Shown here: positions 9,454-18,646 of the stretch, piece after piece
Layout of the letters: each line of letters opens with the position of its first letter
Numbering within the stretch: position 1 is the stretch's first letter
Origin: a virus
Taxonomy: Duplodnaviria; Caudoviricetes
Virus record (IMG/VR): IMGVR_UViG_3300030333_000934
Span: 1 to 53,004 of that record
Strand: one strand, 5' to 3'
DNA length: 53,004 nucleotides
Notes under the pieces: generated by a model
What the model saw: the letters and a program-made list of their open reading frames with translations, nothing else
Databases searched by the model: none
What the model was told of the DNA's origin: nothing
Program-made: the position numbers and the translations under genes

Positions 9454-10483
9454 TACGATAGGCAATATATCCGAGTTAAATGGCACAGCACAAGTATTAC
9501 GAGATCAGACTTATAACGCAGAATTAAGTTTTGCTATACAGCAGAACGATGTCGCTACGACACAAGAAGGTCGTATGGGACTTACTTTTCTTGATGATAG
9601 TAAAGTAAGACTTACAGAGTTTAGTCAGCTTAAAATAACCAAATACATCTTTGACCCAGATCCAAGCAAATCGGAAATGGGCATACAATTTACATTAGGC
9701 ACAGCAAGATTTGTTACAGGTAAATTTAATAAGATTGCTAAACAAAATATTGCTCTAAGCACACCGACTGCTGATATAGCAATACGAGGAACTGATTTTA
9801 CTTGTACAGTGGACGAGTTAGGGAGATCTCTCATTGTTCTGTTGCCAGGTGCAGATGGCTTATCTAGTGGAGAAATAGAAGTCATAACTGCTGCAGGTGT
9901 AGTAACTCTTAATAAACCATTTCAAGCTACGACAGTAGATGTTTTTGAATCACCCCCTACTAAACCAGTAATTTTAGATTTAACTCTAGATCTAATTGAT
10001 AATATGTTAATAGTATCTCCACCAGAAGAAGAAAAAACTACAGAAGAAACACAAAACCAAGTACAGACCTCAGATATATTAGATTTCAATGAACTTGATA
10101 TAGACTTCCTAGAATTTGATGGACTAGATACTGACGACCTCGCTTTCTCGGAACTTGATATAAATTATTTGGACGTCAACTTCTTGGAGGACTTGCTAGA
10201 TGTTATAGATGCTCTAGCAGTAGCAGAAGAAGAAGATCAGTTAGCACAAGCAACTTCTGTAAATATTACAGGCACAACAATAGGCCAAGATAGAGATACA
10301 GGCATTACTACAATTATAGATGGCGAGATTATTTCTTTAACTAGAACAGTAAGTGAAAGTGCAAATTTAAGACTTAATGTATCTGGATCTTATACAGTTA
10401 TTTTTATACAAGATGGTGTAAGTAGAACAGTTAAGATTAATGGAGGTGGAGATTCAACAATAACTATTAAACAGTCAGATTAA
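9368..10483 (+). CDS. Exported FecR-domain protein
   Basis: Signal peptide; D...T..G...L.F.DDS.V.L...S.L.I and TPTA.IAIRGTDF motifs; acidic linker and beta-rich tail. Start codon uncertain. Confidence 0.85.
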   Translation: MTGLKSSVLVIMGLSVLFRMMVGLPLHADTIGNISELNGTAQVLRDQTYNAELSFAIQQNDVATTQEGRMGLTFLDDSKVRLTEFSQLKITKYIFDPDPSKSEMGIQFTLGTARFVTGKFNKIAKQNIALSTPTADIAIRGTDFTCTVDELGRSLIVLLPGADGLSSGEIEVITAAGVVTLNKPFQATTVDVFESPPTKPVILDLTLDLIDNMLIVSPPEEEKTTEETQNQVQTSDILDFNELDIDFLEFDGLDTDDLAFSELDINYLDVNFLEDLLDVIDALAVAEEEDQLAQATSVNITGTTIGQDRDTGITTIIDGEIISLTRTVSESANLRLNVSGSYTVIFIQDGVSRTVKINGGGDSTITIKQSD

Positions 10484-10616
10484 TTATTGCTCTATCAACT
10501 GCCATATAACAGGCGACTACTAGAGCAAATAATGCCCCAACAACATATAATGGGAGAAGCATAATGAGTTTAATTAATAATAAAAAATCTCTTAAAAGAA
10601 TTGTCAATATACGCAT
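10467..10616 (-). CDS. Possible 49-aa hydrophobic peptide (absent from ORF track)
   Basis: MRILTILLRDFLLLIKLIMLLPLYVVGALFALVVACYMAVDRAIINLTV fills the gap between the FecR and cyclase genes; no clear SD. Confidence 0.35.
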   Translation of the reverse strand: MRILTILLRDFLLLIKLIMLLPLYVVGALFALVVACYMAVDRAIINLTV

Positions 10617-10636
10617 AGATCAATTTTATAGATAAT

Positions 10637-12472
10637 ATGAAAAAACTACAAACCTTATTTGGAATATTAGCTTTATCTACAGCAATGATATTGCCTTTAA
10701 TTTATCAATCTGGACCAAGTGAGATCCTTAAACTTAGAACATTTGACTACTTTGCACCAAAGTTTGAGCCTTCTGGCTATTTTACAATTTTAAATATTAC
10801 AGAAGAAGATCTAGAAATAGAGGGTGGTTGGCCTTTACCTAGACAAAGATTAGCTGAGATACATATTGATTTACTTAACGCAGGAGCAAGTGGAGTAGGC
10901 TATGTAATATCTTTTCCCCAACCAGATAGAATGGGTGGCGACAACGACTTTGCAACAGCTTTAGGCTATGTTCCAACAGTTATAGCTATGTTTGAAAATG
11001 ACAATGGGATCTATCCAAAAACATCTGGAACAGTAATTATGGGAGAAGATACTGGTGGGATTATGACTAAAGGTATCGTGCAAAATACAAAGGTATTACG
11101 AGATGCTTCAGTTCAAGCAATAGCTACTGCTCCTACAGAAATAGATCAAATAGTTAGAAGAATACCCCTATTACTAAGAACACCAGATGGCTATGTATCA
11201 GCTTTTGGTACAGAAGTGCTAAAGATCTTAGCTAATACAGATACATATATTATTAAAACTAATGAATTAGGCATACAAGAAATAACAGTACAAGGTTTAC
11301 CCCCTATTCCAACAGATAGCTTTGGTCGTAAGTGGATAAGTTGGGTAGATACACCAGAAATAACACTAGCAGAAATGGAAAATGGGGTTGGGGATATTAA
11401 TGGTAAATATGTTTTTGTAGGAGTTACAGCAGGGGGCATAATGCCACAAATAGCTACTCCGATTGGTTTAGAATATCCTCATAAAATACAAGCATCTTTA
11501 GCAGAATCAATACTTATACAAGATAGTCCATATATCCCAGACTATTCATTAACAGTTGAGATCTTAACAGTATTAATATCAGTTATATTAGTTTGGTTAA
11601 TTATAGGTAATATGAATGTTACTGTAGGGGTATTATTAGTATCGCTTATAATGATCGGAACTGGTGTCTATGGAGTTAATACTATTAAAGGTGGGGTATT
11701 AATAGACTTTACTTGGACAGTCCTTACACAGTTCTTAACAGCTTCTATATCTTTCTATTTAAGATTTAGAGAACAATGGAAACTAAGGAAACAAATTAAA
11801 GGACAATTTGGAACATACCTATCGCCAGATATGGTAGATATGCTAGTTAAGGATCCGACACTTATGAAATTAGGTGGAGAAAGAAAAGAAATGACATTTT
11901 TATTTGCAGATATAGTCGGTTTTACTCCTATTTCGGAAAAATATATGAAAAATGATGACCCAGAAGGTTTAGTAGATCTGATAAATCACTTCTTGAATGA
12001 AATAACAAAGGTCATATTAAAGAATGGTGGAACTGTTGATAAATATATGGGCGATTGTGTCATGGCTTTTTGGGGAGCACCTTTACCCTGTGATAATCAT
12101 CAAGAAATGGCGATTAAAACTGCGATGGAAATTGAGATCCTTACCGAAAAGATGAACGCAGAATTAGAAGATTTGCCCCCAGTAGTCATTGGAACTGGAA
12201 TTAATACTGGCCCTTGTATTGTAGGAAATATGGGAAGTGAAACTCGGTTTGATTATTCTGTAGTTGGAGATGCTGTTAATCTAGCTGCAAGATTAGAAGT
12301 CCAAACTAGAACTTACGATACTCCAATATTAATATCCGAATATACATTTGCTAAAGGTAATACATTTTGCGAGAAAATAGATGAAATAAAAGTTAAAGGC
12401 AAAGAAATACCAGTAACAATTTACGCACCTATTTTTGAAGATGGTATAAGAAAGTTGCAAAAAATTCCTTAA
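10637..12472 (+). CDS. CHASE2-domain class III adenylate cyclase (membrane sensor)
   Basis: N-terminal TM; CHASE2 (GGWPLPR, PDRMGGD, RRIPLL, GKYVFVG); three TMs; cyclase motifs FADIVGFT, DKYMGD, GINTG, RFDYSVVGDAVNLAARLE, VKGK. Confidence 0.93.
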   Translation: MKKLQTLFGILALSTAMILPLIYQSGPSEILKLRTFDYFAPKFEPSGYFTILNITEEDLEIEGGWPLPRQRLAEIHIDLLNAGASGVGYVISFPQPDRMGGDNDFATALGYVPTVIAMFENDNGIYPKTSGTVIMGEDTGGIMTKGIVQNTKVLRDASVQAIATAPTEIDQIVRRIPLLLRTPDGYVSAFGTEVLKILANTDTYIIKTNELGIQEITVQGLPPIPTDSFGRKWISWVDTPEITLAEMENGVGDINGKYVFVGVTAGGIMPQIATPIGLEYPHKIQASLAESILIQDSPYIPDYSLTVEILTVLISVILVWLIIGNMNVTVGVLLVSLIMIGTGVYGVNTIKGGVLIDFTWTVLTQFLTASISFYLRFREQWKLRKQIKGQFGTYLSPDMVDMLVKDPTLMKLGGERKEMTFLFADIVGFTPISEKYMKNDDPEGLVDLINHFLNEITKVILKNGGTVDKYMGDCVMAFWGAPLPCDNHQEMAIKTAMEIEILTEKMNAELEDLPPVVIGTGINTGPCIVGNMGSETRFDYSVVGDAVNLAARLEVQTRTYDTPILISEYTFAKGNTFCEKIDEIKVKGKEIPVTIYAPIFEDGIRKLQKIP

Positions 12473-12490
12473 TGGGTCAAAATCTTTTTT

Positions 12491-12895
12491 ATGGGATATA
12501 AAATATCAGCAATTCTAGGTGGCCTACTCATAATTTCAGTTGCAGGATCAGCTTGGTACATAGATAGACTTCTAGATGAGATCTCAACCCTTAAAGGCAA
12601 TCAAGTAATTCTAGAAACAGAGATACAGAAACAAAATGATGCTATAGATAATTTTCTAGAAAATGAAAAGAAACAACAACAAGAGATCTCAAAACTAACT
12701 ATATCAAATCAAGAAAATCTAAAAGAAGTAAATAAGCTAAGAGCAACATTTGCAAGACATGATCTTGACGAACTAGCATTAGCTAAACCAGGATTAATAG
12801 AAAATAAAGTCAATAAAGCTGTATTAAGACTTAAAAACGAATTAGTAGAAATAACAAATCCAGAACAATTTGATGAAGATGAAACTAAAGAATAG
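12491..12895 (+). CDS. Inner-membrane spanin (Rz-like)
   Basis: N-terminal TM, coiled coil, KPGLIE motif; overlaps a downstream lipoprotein gene. Confidence 0.7.
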   Translation: MGYKISAILGGLLIISVAGSAWYIDRLLDEISTLKGNQVILETEIQKQNDAIDNFLENEKKQQQEISKLTISNQENLKEVNKLRATFARHDLDELALAKPGLIENKVNKAVLRLKNELVEITNPEQFDEDETKE

Positions 12896-13283
12896 ATCTT
12901 TAATATTAATAATTCTTTGTGTAGCTATTTTTAGTAGTGGGTGTTCTATGATACCTATGCAAACTAAACCAGTACAAGTTAAAACAATTGCAGAGCCACT
13001 GCCAATCTATCACCCCCCTCTCCCAATGGAACTTCAACTGGTAGATGTAGATTGGGTAGTATTAAATCCAGAATTAATGCAGGAATATCTAAATGATCTG
13101 GAAACTGGCTCTGCACCCAGAAAAGCATATTATTCATTAACCTCTAAAGAATACGAAAACTTGTCTATGAATATGGCAGACATTAAAAGATATTTAAGAG
13201 ATATATTGGCAATTAACGAATACTACAGACAATATGGCAGGCCAGAAGAAGAAGATGAAGAATTGCCAAAAAAGCAGAAATAA
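12870..13283 (+). CDS. Outer-membrane spanin lipoprotein (Rz1-like)
   Basis: Lipobox FSSGC, Pro-rich segment, YENLSMNMADIKRY. Start may be ATG 12879. Confidence 0.7.
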   Translation: MMKMKLKNRSLILIILCVAIFSSGCSMIPMQTKPVQVKTIAEPLPIYHPPLPMELQLVDVDWVVLNPELMQEYLNDLETGSAPRKAYYSLTSKEYENLSMNMADIKRYLRDILAINEYYRQYGRPEEEDEELPKKQK

Positions 13284-13321
13284 ATTAACATTATGACTAC
13301 TATATTTATGGGAGTATATAT

Positions 13322-13486
13322 ATGGGAATGATTGGAGAAATAGTTGGGATCGTAACAATGGTAGTTTGTATAGCATCTATCATAGCTGCGGTTACACCAA
13401 CTCCGAAAGACGATGTATGGATCGGCAAGCTGTATAAGCTGATTGATCTGTGCGCTTTGAATATCGGCAAGGCGAAAGATAAATAA
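13322..13486 (+). CDS. Small 54-aa membrane protein, holin candidate (absent from ORF track)
   Basis: SD GGGAG; MGMIGEIVGIVTMVVCIASIIAAVTPTPKDDVWIGKLYKLIDLCALNIGKAKDK. Confidence 0.7.
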   Translation: MGMIGEIVGIVTMVVCIASIIAAVTPTPKDDVWIGKLYKLIDLCALNIGKAKDK

Positions 13487-13494
13487 ATATTTGT

Positions 13495-13517
13495 AAGGTC
13501 CAGATGGACCTTCTTTT
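13495..13517 (+). terminator. Rho-independent terminator
   Basis: AAGGTCCA-GA-TGGACCTT inverted repeat followed by CTTTT. Confidence 0.6.
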
Positions 13518-13534
13518 ATATGAGTTAAATAGAG

Positions 13535-13921
13535 ATGTCTAAAAGTAAATCCCCAGAGCCTTTTGTTTACAACGCAATACTTGAGAGAGTGGTTGATGGA
13601 GATACAATAGATGTCACTCTAGATCTTGGCTTTAGTGTAAAACTGCATAAACAACGCTGCAGGTTGGCAGGAATAGATACACCAGAGTCAAGAACTAGGG
13701 ATCTTGCCGAAAAAGCATTAGGATTAAAAGCAAAAGACAGACTTATTGAATTATGCTCTGGAAAAATCAAGATTAAATCATTAGGCAAAGGAAAATATGG
13801 CCGAATACTTGCTATCCCTTATACAGAAGATGGGAAGGATATGTGCGCTACGCTTATCAAAGAAGGACACGCAGTTGAGTATTGGGGTGGTAAAAAAACA
13901 AAAGTATGGGGAGATTACTAA
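13535..13921 (+). CDS. Thermonuclease (SNase) family nuclease
   Basis: RVVDGDTID, RLAGIDTPE, GKYGRILA motifs. Confidence 0.9.
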   Translation: MSKSKSPEPFVYNAILERVVDGDTIDVTLDLGFSVKLHKQRCRLAGIDTPESRTRDLAEKALGLKAKDRLIELCSGKIKIKSLGKGKYGRILAIPYTEDGKDMCATLIKEGHAVEYWGGKKTKVWGDY

Positions 13922-13922
13922 A

Positions 13923-14366
13923 ATGAAGATCAGTGGAGAAGGTTTAGCACTTATAAAGAAATTTGAGGGTTGTGAATTAGAAAGTTATAGATGTTCAGCT
14001 AATGTTGTTACGATAGGATATGGCCATACGAGAACTGCAAAAGAAGGTATGACTATAACTAGGGAAGAAGCTGATATGCTTTTAGAAGAAGATATAAGAT
14101 CTTTTGAAACATCTGTTCTATCTCTAGTTGAAGTAGATCTAAAACAATGCGAATTTGACGCACTTATCGCTTGGACATTTAATTTAGGTGCAGGCAATCT
14201 AAAATCTAGTACATTATTAAAAAGAATAAATGCAAAAGATTGGAATGATGTACCTCATCAAATAAAAAGATGGAATAAAGCTAATGGAACTGTCCTACAA
14301 GGACTTATAAGGCGCAGAGAAGCAGAAGCATTACTCTTTCAAGGTAAAGACTGGACTGAGGTTTAA
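13923..14366 (+). CDS. Endolysin, GH24 lysozyme
   Basis: Start reassigned to ATG 13923 (MKISGEGLALIKKFEG); E-x8-C-x5-T triad, TIGYGHT, FNLGAG, GL.RRREAE. Confidence 0.93.
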   Translation: MKISGEGLALIKKFEGCELESYRCSANVVTIGYGHTRTAKEGMTITREEADMLLEEDIRSFETSVLSLVEVDLKQCEFDALIAWTFNLGAGNLKSSTLLKRINAKDWNDVPHQIKRWNKANGTVLQGLIRRREAEALLFQGKDWTEV

Positions 14367-14602
14367 TGGCTCTAAGCAAGACACAAAATAAAAGACTGGG
14401 ATCTATTCTGTCTGTTATGTTTAAAGAAGATGTGCCTAACAATATTCTTACTGATTTAATACAAGGTGGCTATGTTAAGTTAGTAGAAAAAGATTATGTG
14501 CTTACAGATAAGGGTAAAGATGAAAAAAATCGTCTGTGCACACTTGCAGGACTGAACATTCTTTATGAATCAGAAAAAAAAGACATACATAAAGCAAACT
14601 AA
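14366..14602 (+). CDS. Hypothetical protein
   Basis: TAATG-coupled 78-aa ORF; possible winged-helix end (YVLTDKG). Confidence 0.6.
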   Translation: MALSKTQNKRLGSILSVMFKEDVPNNILTDLIQGGYVKLVEKDYVLTDKGKDEKNRLCTLAGLNILYESEKKDIHKAN

Positions 14603-14609
14603 ATAGCGA

Positions 14610-15167
14610 TCACTTCCACTTTGCACCTTCATACCAACCGACTAAAGAATATCTAGTGCCTTTTGTAATAGGTGTTATTTCGTGATAAACAAACGATGGA
14701 AATACAACTATAGATCCCCTTCTCCTAATAATAGGATCTATATGTGGCAAATCTTTGCCGAATATAAAATCTCCACCTTCATAATCATCTGGATCCGAAA
14801 GCTGTACTGTTATTGAGATCTTACGACTACTTGCGTTATCGGATAAATACATATCCATGTGTTCTGTAAAAAAATCTCCCTCTGAATATTTAGCTATTTG
14901 AAATTCGCTTACTCCATTCAGGTCAAAACCAAATACCTCTCTGTTCGCCATTACGATATAGGGATCTATAATTCTTGCTATTTCTTTGTGTAAGTCATTG
15001 AATAGGTTGATACCTACGACTTTGCTTTTTCTTAATTCTGTATTTTGTCTGAAATTGGTATGGCCGACCTCTGCAACTTTAGATAACTTTGGATCATACA
15101 TTGATAGGAGATTATCGCAATCGCTATCAGACAGTTCCGAAGGCCAACCAAAAAACCAACTATTCAA
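14610..15167 (-). CDS. 2OG-Fe(II) oxygenase
   Basis: H-x-D (EHMD), RKISITVQLSD..DYEGG, VFPS..YHEITPITKGTRYSLVGW. TTG start uncertain. Confidence 0.9.
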   Translation of the reverse strand: MNSWFFGWPSELSDSDCDNLLSMYDPKLSKVAEVGHTNFRQNTELRKSKVVGINLFNDLHKEIARIIDPYIVMANREVFGFDLNGVSEFQIAKYSEGDFFTEHMDMYLSDNASSRKISITVQLSDPDDYEGGDFIFGKDLPHIDPIIRRRGSIVVFPSFVYHEITPITKGTRYSLVGWYEGAKWK

Positions 15168-15282
15168 GATTTTTTCTTCTTTTTCTTCTTATCATCTTCG
15201 GTTAAATCCATAACTTCTAGATGATCGTCAAGCCAATCTTTTTTTACACCTTTTTTTAAAAGATGTTCTCTAAGTTTTTTTT

Positions 15283-15501
15283 CTAATTCTTTGATAATCT
15301 ATTACCCCCTTTTTTCCACCCCCACAGCTTCCTAAAAACAATCCATGCTTCTTCCTCTGTGTAAGGTTTCTCATTATGTATTTCTTTCTCTAGTGTATTT
15401 GCTAAATGCCACCTAAAGAAATTATTTTCAAAACTATCACTATCGTGATATTTATATTCATCACTCATATCTACGAATTTATTATCGCTAATTATTCTCA
15501 T
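15283..15501 (-). CDS. Hypothetical protein
   Basis: 72-aa ORF in the tightly packed leftward early operon. Confidence 0.6.
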   Translation of the reverse strand: MRIISDNKFVDMSDEYKYHDSDSFENNFFRWHLANTLEKEIHNEKPYTEEEAWIVFRKLWGWKKGGNRLSKN

Positions 15502-15504
15502 TTT

Positions 15505-15750
15505 TTATACCCCCAATCTATTTTGTGCTTCTTCATTCCATATCTCTTGTTCTTTAAACTCTAGATAGTCCTTCAGAAGTGATTTAAGCGACTGTAGAGA
15601 TTGTTTCGGATATAACTTATCCCTTATATCCAAAGCTAGATCTACGATTAAACAACGACGACATACTCTTTTGTAAGTAAAGTCATCTATTAAGAATGGA
15701 TCTACAAACATATCTAAATCCATTATTAAATCTTTAGTTAAAGAAATCAT
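15505..15750 (-). CDS. Hypothetical protein
   Basis: 81-aa coupled ORF. Confidence 0.6.
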   Translation of the reverse strand: MISLTKDLIMDLDMFVDPFLIDDFTYKRVCRRCLIVDLALDIRDKLYPKQSLQSLKSLLKDYLEFKEQEIWNEEAQNRLGV

Positions 15751-15992
15751 ATTGTCCTCTCATTATCAAGTAACTCTCTGATTCTTCTAACAGTTTCATT
15801 TTCTTCCTTGTGATCTATACAAGAGTGCTTATAGATCCTAAGAAGATGTGTTAATTCAAGATCTCCTACTTTAACAAGTTCTCCCCTACTCTCGCTGTAG
15901 TATTCTGTATCTAATATTACATCTATATCGTAGGGCAATTTTCTGTTTGAGATCTTATGTTCTATTTCAAGGATTTCTCTAATTTTCATCAT
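15747..15992 (-). CDS. Hypothetical protein
   Basis: 81-aa coupled ORF. Confidence 0.6.
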   Translation of the reverse strand: MMKIREILEIEHKISNRKLPYDIDVILDTEYYSESRGELVKVGDLELTHLLRIYKHSCIDHKEENETVRRIRELLDNERTI

Positions 15993-16167
15993 TTAATCTC
16001 CTTTCAATACAACTAGGTATTCCATTCGGATATTTAATAGCTGTTACAAAATTATTACGATCCTCATAGTCAGTAATCATTTCAAGACAAGTTCTTATAT
16101 CGTGATCTTGCCTAAAACCATATTTAAGCATGAGTTCTGTTATTACTAAGTTAGTTGATCTAGACAT
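15979..16167 (-). CDS. Hypothetical protein
   Basis: ATG at 16167 preceded by a G-rich SD. Confidence 0.55.
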   Translation of the reverse strand: MSRSTNLVITELMLKYGFRQDHDIRTCLEMITDYEDRNNFVTAIKYPNGIPSCIERRLNDEN

Positions 16168-16492
16168 ATATCCCCCTAGCACTTTGTGCTGATTTTGTGT
16201 AAATTTCTAGAGATCCCTTTGGATCCCAGTATTTATCTCTCTCTATTCTAGGAACATTACCAGAGTTCATTTCCTCTATTTCAGCTAGAGATACATAACC
16301 GAGTTCTGGAAAGCCTAAGCCTAAGTCGCAAAGGCCAAAGAGAAGTTTCTCTCCCCCTCTGTAATGTATCTCGCTTATAAGCCAAGTAGCATTACCGAAG
16401 GGTGTAAATAGTTTTAGATAAGGTTTATCTACACTAGGATCGCCTGTATTGCGATTAAGTTTATCTTCTATTTCTTTAGTTATAAGTTTCAT
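16160..16492 (-). CDS. DUF2958-like protein
   Basis: KLFTP.GNATWL.SE...FGLCDLGLGFPELGYVSL.EI..ERD motif. Confidence 0.8.
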   Translation of the reverse strand: MKLITKEIEDKLNRNTGDPSVDKPYLKLFTPFGNATWLISEIHYRGGEKLLFGLCDLGLGFPELGYVSLAEIEEMNSGNVPRIERDKYWDPKGSLEIYTKSAQSARGIYV

Positions 16493-16494
16493 AG

Positions 16495-16665
16495 TTACCC
16501 CCATTTATCGTATGTCTTTTCTACTTGTAAAGGATCATACTTATTAATTTCATTAGTTTCTTCATCTAAGAAAACAACTAAACCTTCTTTAGTAAATCCA
16601 AGACAAGATCCGAAGATCGTTGTCCCTTTTACTCTTACTCTATCGCTAATTCTATAATCAATCAT
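16495..16665 (-). CDS. Hypothetical 56-aa protein (absent from ORF track)
   Basis: ATGA-coupled; MIDYRISDRVRVKGTTIFGSCLGFTKEGLVVFLDEETNEINKYDPLQVEKTYDKWG. Confidence 0.6.
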   Translation of the reverse strand: MIDYRISDRVRVKGTTIFGSCLGFTKEGLVVFLDEETNEINKYDPLQVEKTYDKWG

Positions 16666-17330
16666 TTTACCCCCTCTATATAATTAGTTTCTTCATGTTC
16701 AGCAGTAAGTTTTTCTTCACTATATTTTTTTTGATAACTTTTAATACTGCTACTAACCTTTTTTAAAGAATTTTCAACTCGTTTCAAATTAGAACAAAGT
16801 TGTTTTTGTCTTTTCAAAAGATTTTCTTCTCTTTTAAGCAGTTTAGTATAGTTAGTATGAACACGATTTTTTCTCAACTTAGATTTAGCATTTGCTTCCT
16901 CAATGGCTTTTCTTGATTTATCAATATAGCCATTTTCAAATACCATCTTCGTGATTCGCCATTCAATAGTCGCATGATTAGCATTGTGAGGTTTCTCTCT
17001 AGTGAAACATCTACATTTATAATAATGAATACAATGACCTAAATCGTGGACTAAATCAGACCAACCCTTTGAAGTATTAATCCAAACTTTAATATCTCCA
17101 TATCTTTCGTATGTTGTATATCTATTGCCAGTAAGTTCTTTTTCAAAAACTAACTTGCCTTTGAATTTAGGAAACTCTTGCCTAAATGCTTTTCGCCAGA
17201 CTTGTTTAGCAATGTTGTAATCTACCTTTTCTGCTATCTCGCTACGACTTGCAAATCTGATAGGAAAACCATGTAACTGCCAAAGGTCATTAATCTTGTT
17301 ATACCAAGAAAGTGATTCAGCACTATTCAT
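16662..17330 (-). CDS. Hypothetical protein with His cluster and coiled-coil tail
   Basis: LVHDLGHCIH...HNANH resembles a zincin site but has D where E is expected. Confidence 0.55.
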   Translation of the reverse strand: MNSAESLSWYNKINDLWQLHGFPIRFASRSEIAEKVDYNIAKQVWRKAFRQEFPKFKGKLVFEKELTGNRYTTYERYGDIKVWINTSKGWSDLVHDLGHCIHYYKCRCFTREKPHNANHATIEWRITKMVFENGYIDKSRKAIEEANAKSKLRKNRVHTNYTKLLKREENLLKRQKQLCSNLKRVENSLKKVSSSIKSYQKKYSEEKLTAEHEETNYIEGVK

Positions 17331-17545
17331 TATTCACCCCCCTTTTTATTGGTCCAAATTAAAGTTGTTTTTTCTTCGCCATTTTCTAAGATCTCAACTC
17401 TTTCTAATTTAGAAGAAACTTTCGGGTGCATACTTGCAATAACTTTTTCCTCATCATCTAAAGTCCACAAATCTATCCAACTATTTTGTATCAAACAGAA
17501 TTGTCTATAAGATATTGTAGGTTTATATATTCTTATTGTTTTCAT
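17330..17545 (-). CDS. Hypothetical protein
   Basis: Coupled 71-aa ORF. Confidence 0.6.
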   Translation of the reverse strand: MKTIRIYKPTISYRQFCLIQNSWIDLWTLDDEEKVIASMHPKVSSKLERVEILENGEEKTTLIWTNKKGGE

Positions 17546-18546
17546 GAGTAAACCCCCTGTAATTTGACCTGTGTCGGTCTTTTGTAAAATCCGAACTTCT
17601 TATCCTTATCAGATCTTTCTATCTTCGCCATGAAGCTGATATGAGATCCTACGAGGTCTTTTCCTTCATCTCCTAAGTAGAATTTAGGGAATTGAAATGT
17701 TGAATCATCGGCATCTATTAAAAGTCTTTCTACAGATCTAGGTAATGTTCCCCACAGTAGATAACCATCTTTAGATTTAATAATCATTTTTAAAGAACTA
17801 CCGAATTCGTGATCGTGCCACTTAACTGATTTAATAGTTCCTTCTACTTCAACCCTATCTTTACAAATAGGAACAGGTTTAGCTTCATCTCTTTCTTTTC
17901 TCCATGTCTGAAACTGTTCTAAAAGCTGTGGATATTTTTCGTAATATCTATCAAAAATCTGATCTACAGTTTCTAATTGTTTCTCAGTTAAGATACTTTC
18001 ATTTTTAGCTTCTATTACATACTTGCCGAAAACCTTGTGTAAGATGTCTCTAGCTAGATAAAGATTAGCTGAATTAATCCTAGCGATAATATTATCTATA
18101 TTAGATTCATCTTCTCGCATGACATTTCTTTTACGAACATCGTACTCTGGAAGATCCTTACCACTCCTTAACCAAATATCGTGGTATTTATCAAGGGCAT
18201 TATTAAGTGCTTCAATATATTTAACGCACTCGTTATAAAACTCCTCGTAATGAGGTTTCTCAAATTTAAGATCCTCTATCCAAGCAAGAGTTTCCTGTCG
18301 CTTACCAGTAGAAGCTGTATTGTAATCAGCTAATTCAGTAGCAGGATTTATAGCTAGAGATTCGGAAGGGTCATTAATTTTGATATAGTTTTCGGCTTTT
18401 TGAACAGATTGTAGATAATCTTTGCCGAGATTTTTTATATGAACAAATCTATTTCCATAATAAGGATCAGATCTGTCTATCCAATAAAGGGCATATAATT
18501 TATTTACACCCTTTACAATATAATTTTTTTCATTTGTATTATTCAT
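17542..18546 (-). CDS. Hypothetical protein, possible C-terminal OB fold
   Basis: ATG 18546 has an AGGAG SD; RVEVEGTIKSVK...FG..LKM...WGT..FGFYKRPT. Confidence 0.6.
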   Translation of the reverse strand: MNNTNEKNYIVKGVNKLYALYWIDRSDPYYGNRFVHIKNLGKDYLQSVQKAENYIKINDPSESLAINPATELADYNTASTGKRQETLAWIEDLKFEKPHYEEFYNECVKYIEALNNALDKYHDIWLRSGKDLPEYDVRKRNVMREDESNIDNIIARINSANLYLARDILHKVFGKYVIEAKNESILTEKQLETVDQIFDRYYEKYPQLLEQFQTWRKERDEAKPVPICKDRVEVEGTIKSVKWHDHEFGSSLKMIIKSKDGYLLWGTLPRSVERLLIDADDSTFQFPKFYLGDEGKDLVGSHISFMAKIERSDKDKKFGFYKRPTQVKLQGVYS

Positions 18547-18617
18547 TTTTACTCCTATCAAATGCACACTTTTTTGTGTGTGTGTCCACATTTTAAGCTA
18601 AAACGATTAATAATGTC

Positions 18618-18634
18618 TAGTCCAATAAGGAATA
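18618..18634. promoter_or_regulatory. Candidate operator (TAGTCC-N5-GGAATA)
   Basis: Intergenic copy of a motif also found at 21147, 26783, 28029 and 28079. Confidence 0.4.
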
Positions 18635-18646
18635 ATGCTAGGGATC

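Noticed and set aside
13797-13922. N-terminal extension of the lysozyme in the ORF track
   Set aside because: It overlaps the nuclease gene; ATG 13923 gives a typical GH24 N-terminus.
16662-17330. Zinc metalloprotease call
   Set aside because: The motif is HDLGH rather than HExxH; not enough support.
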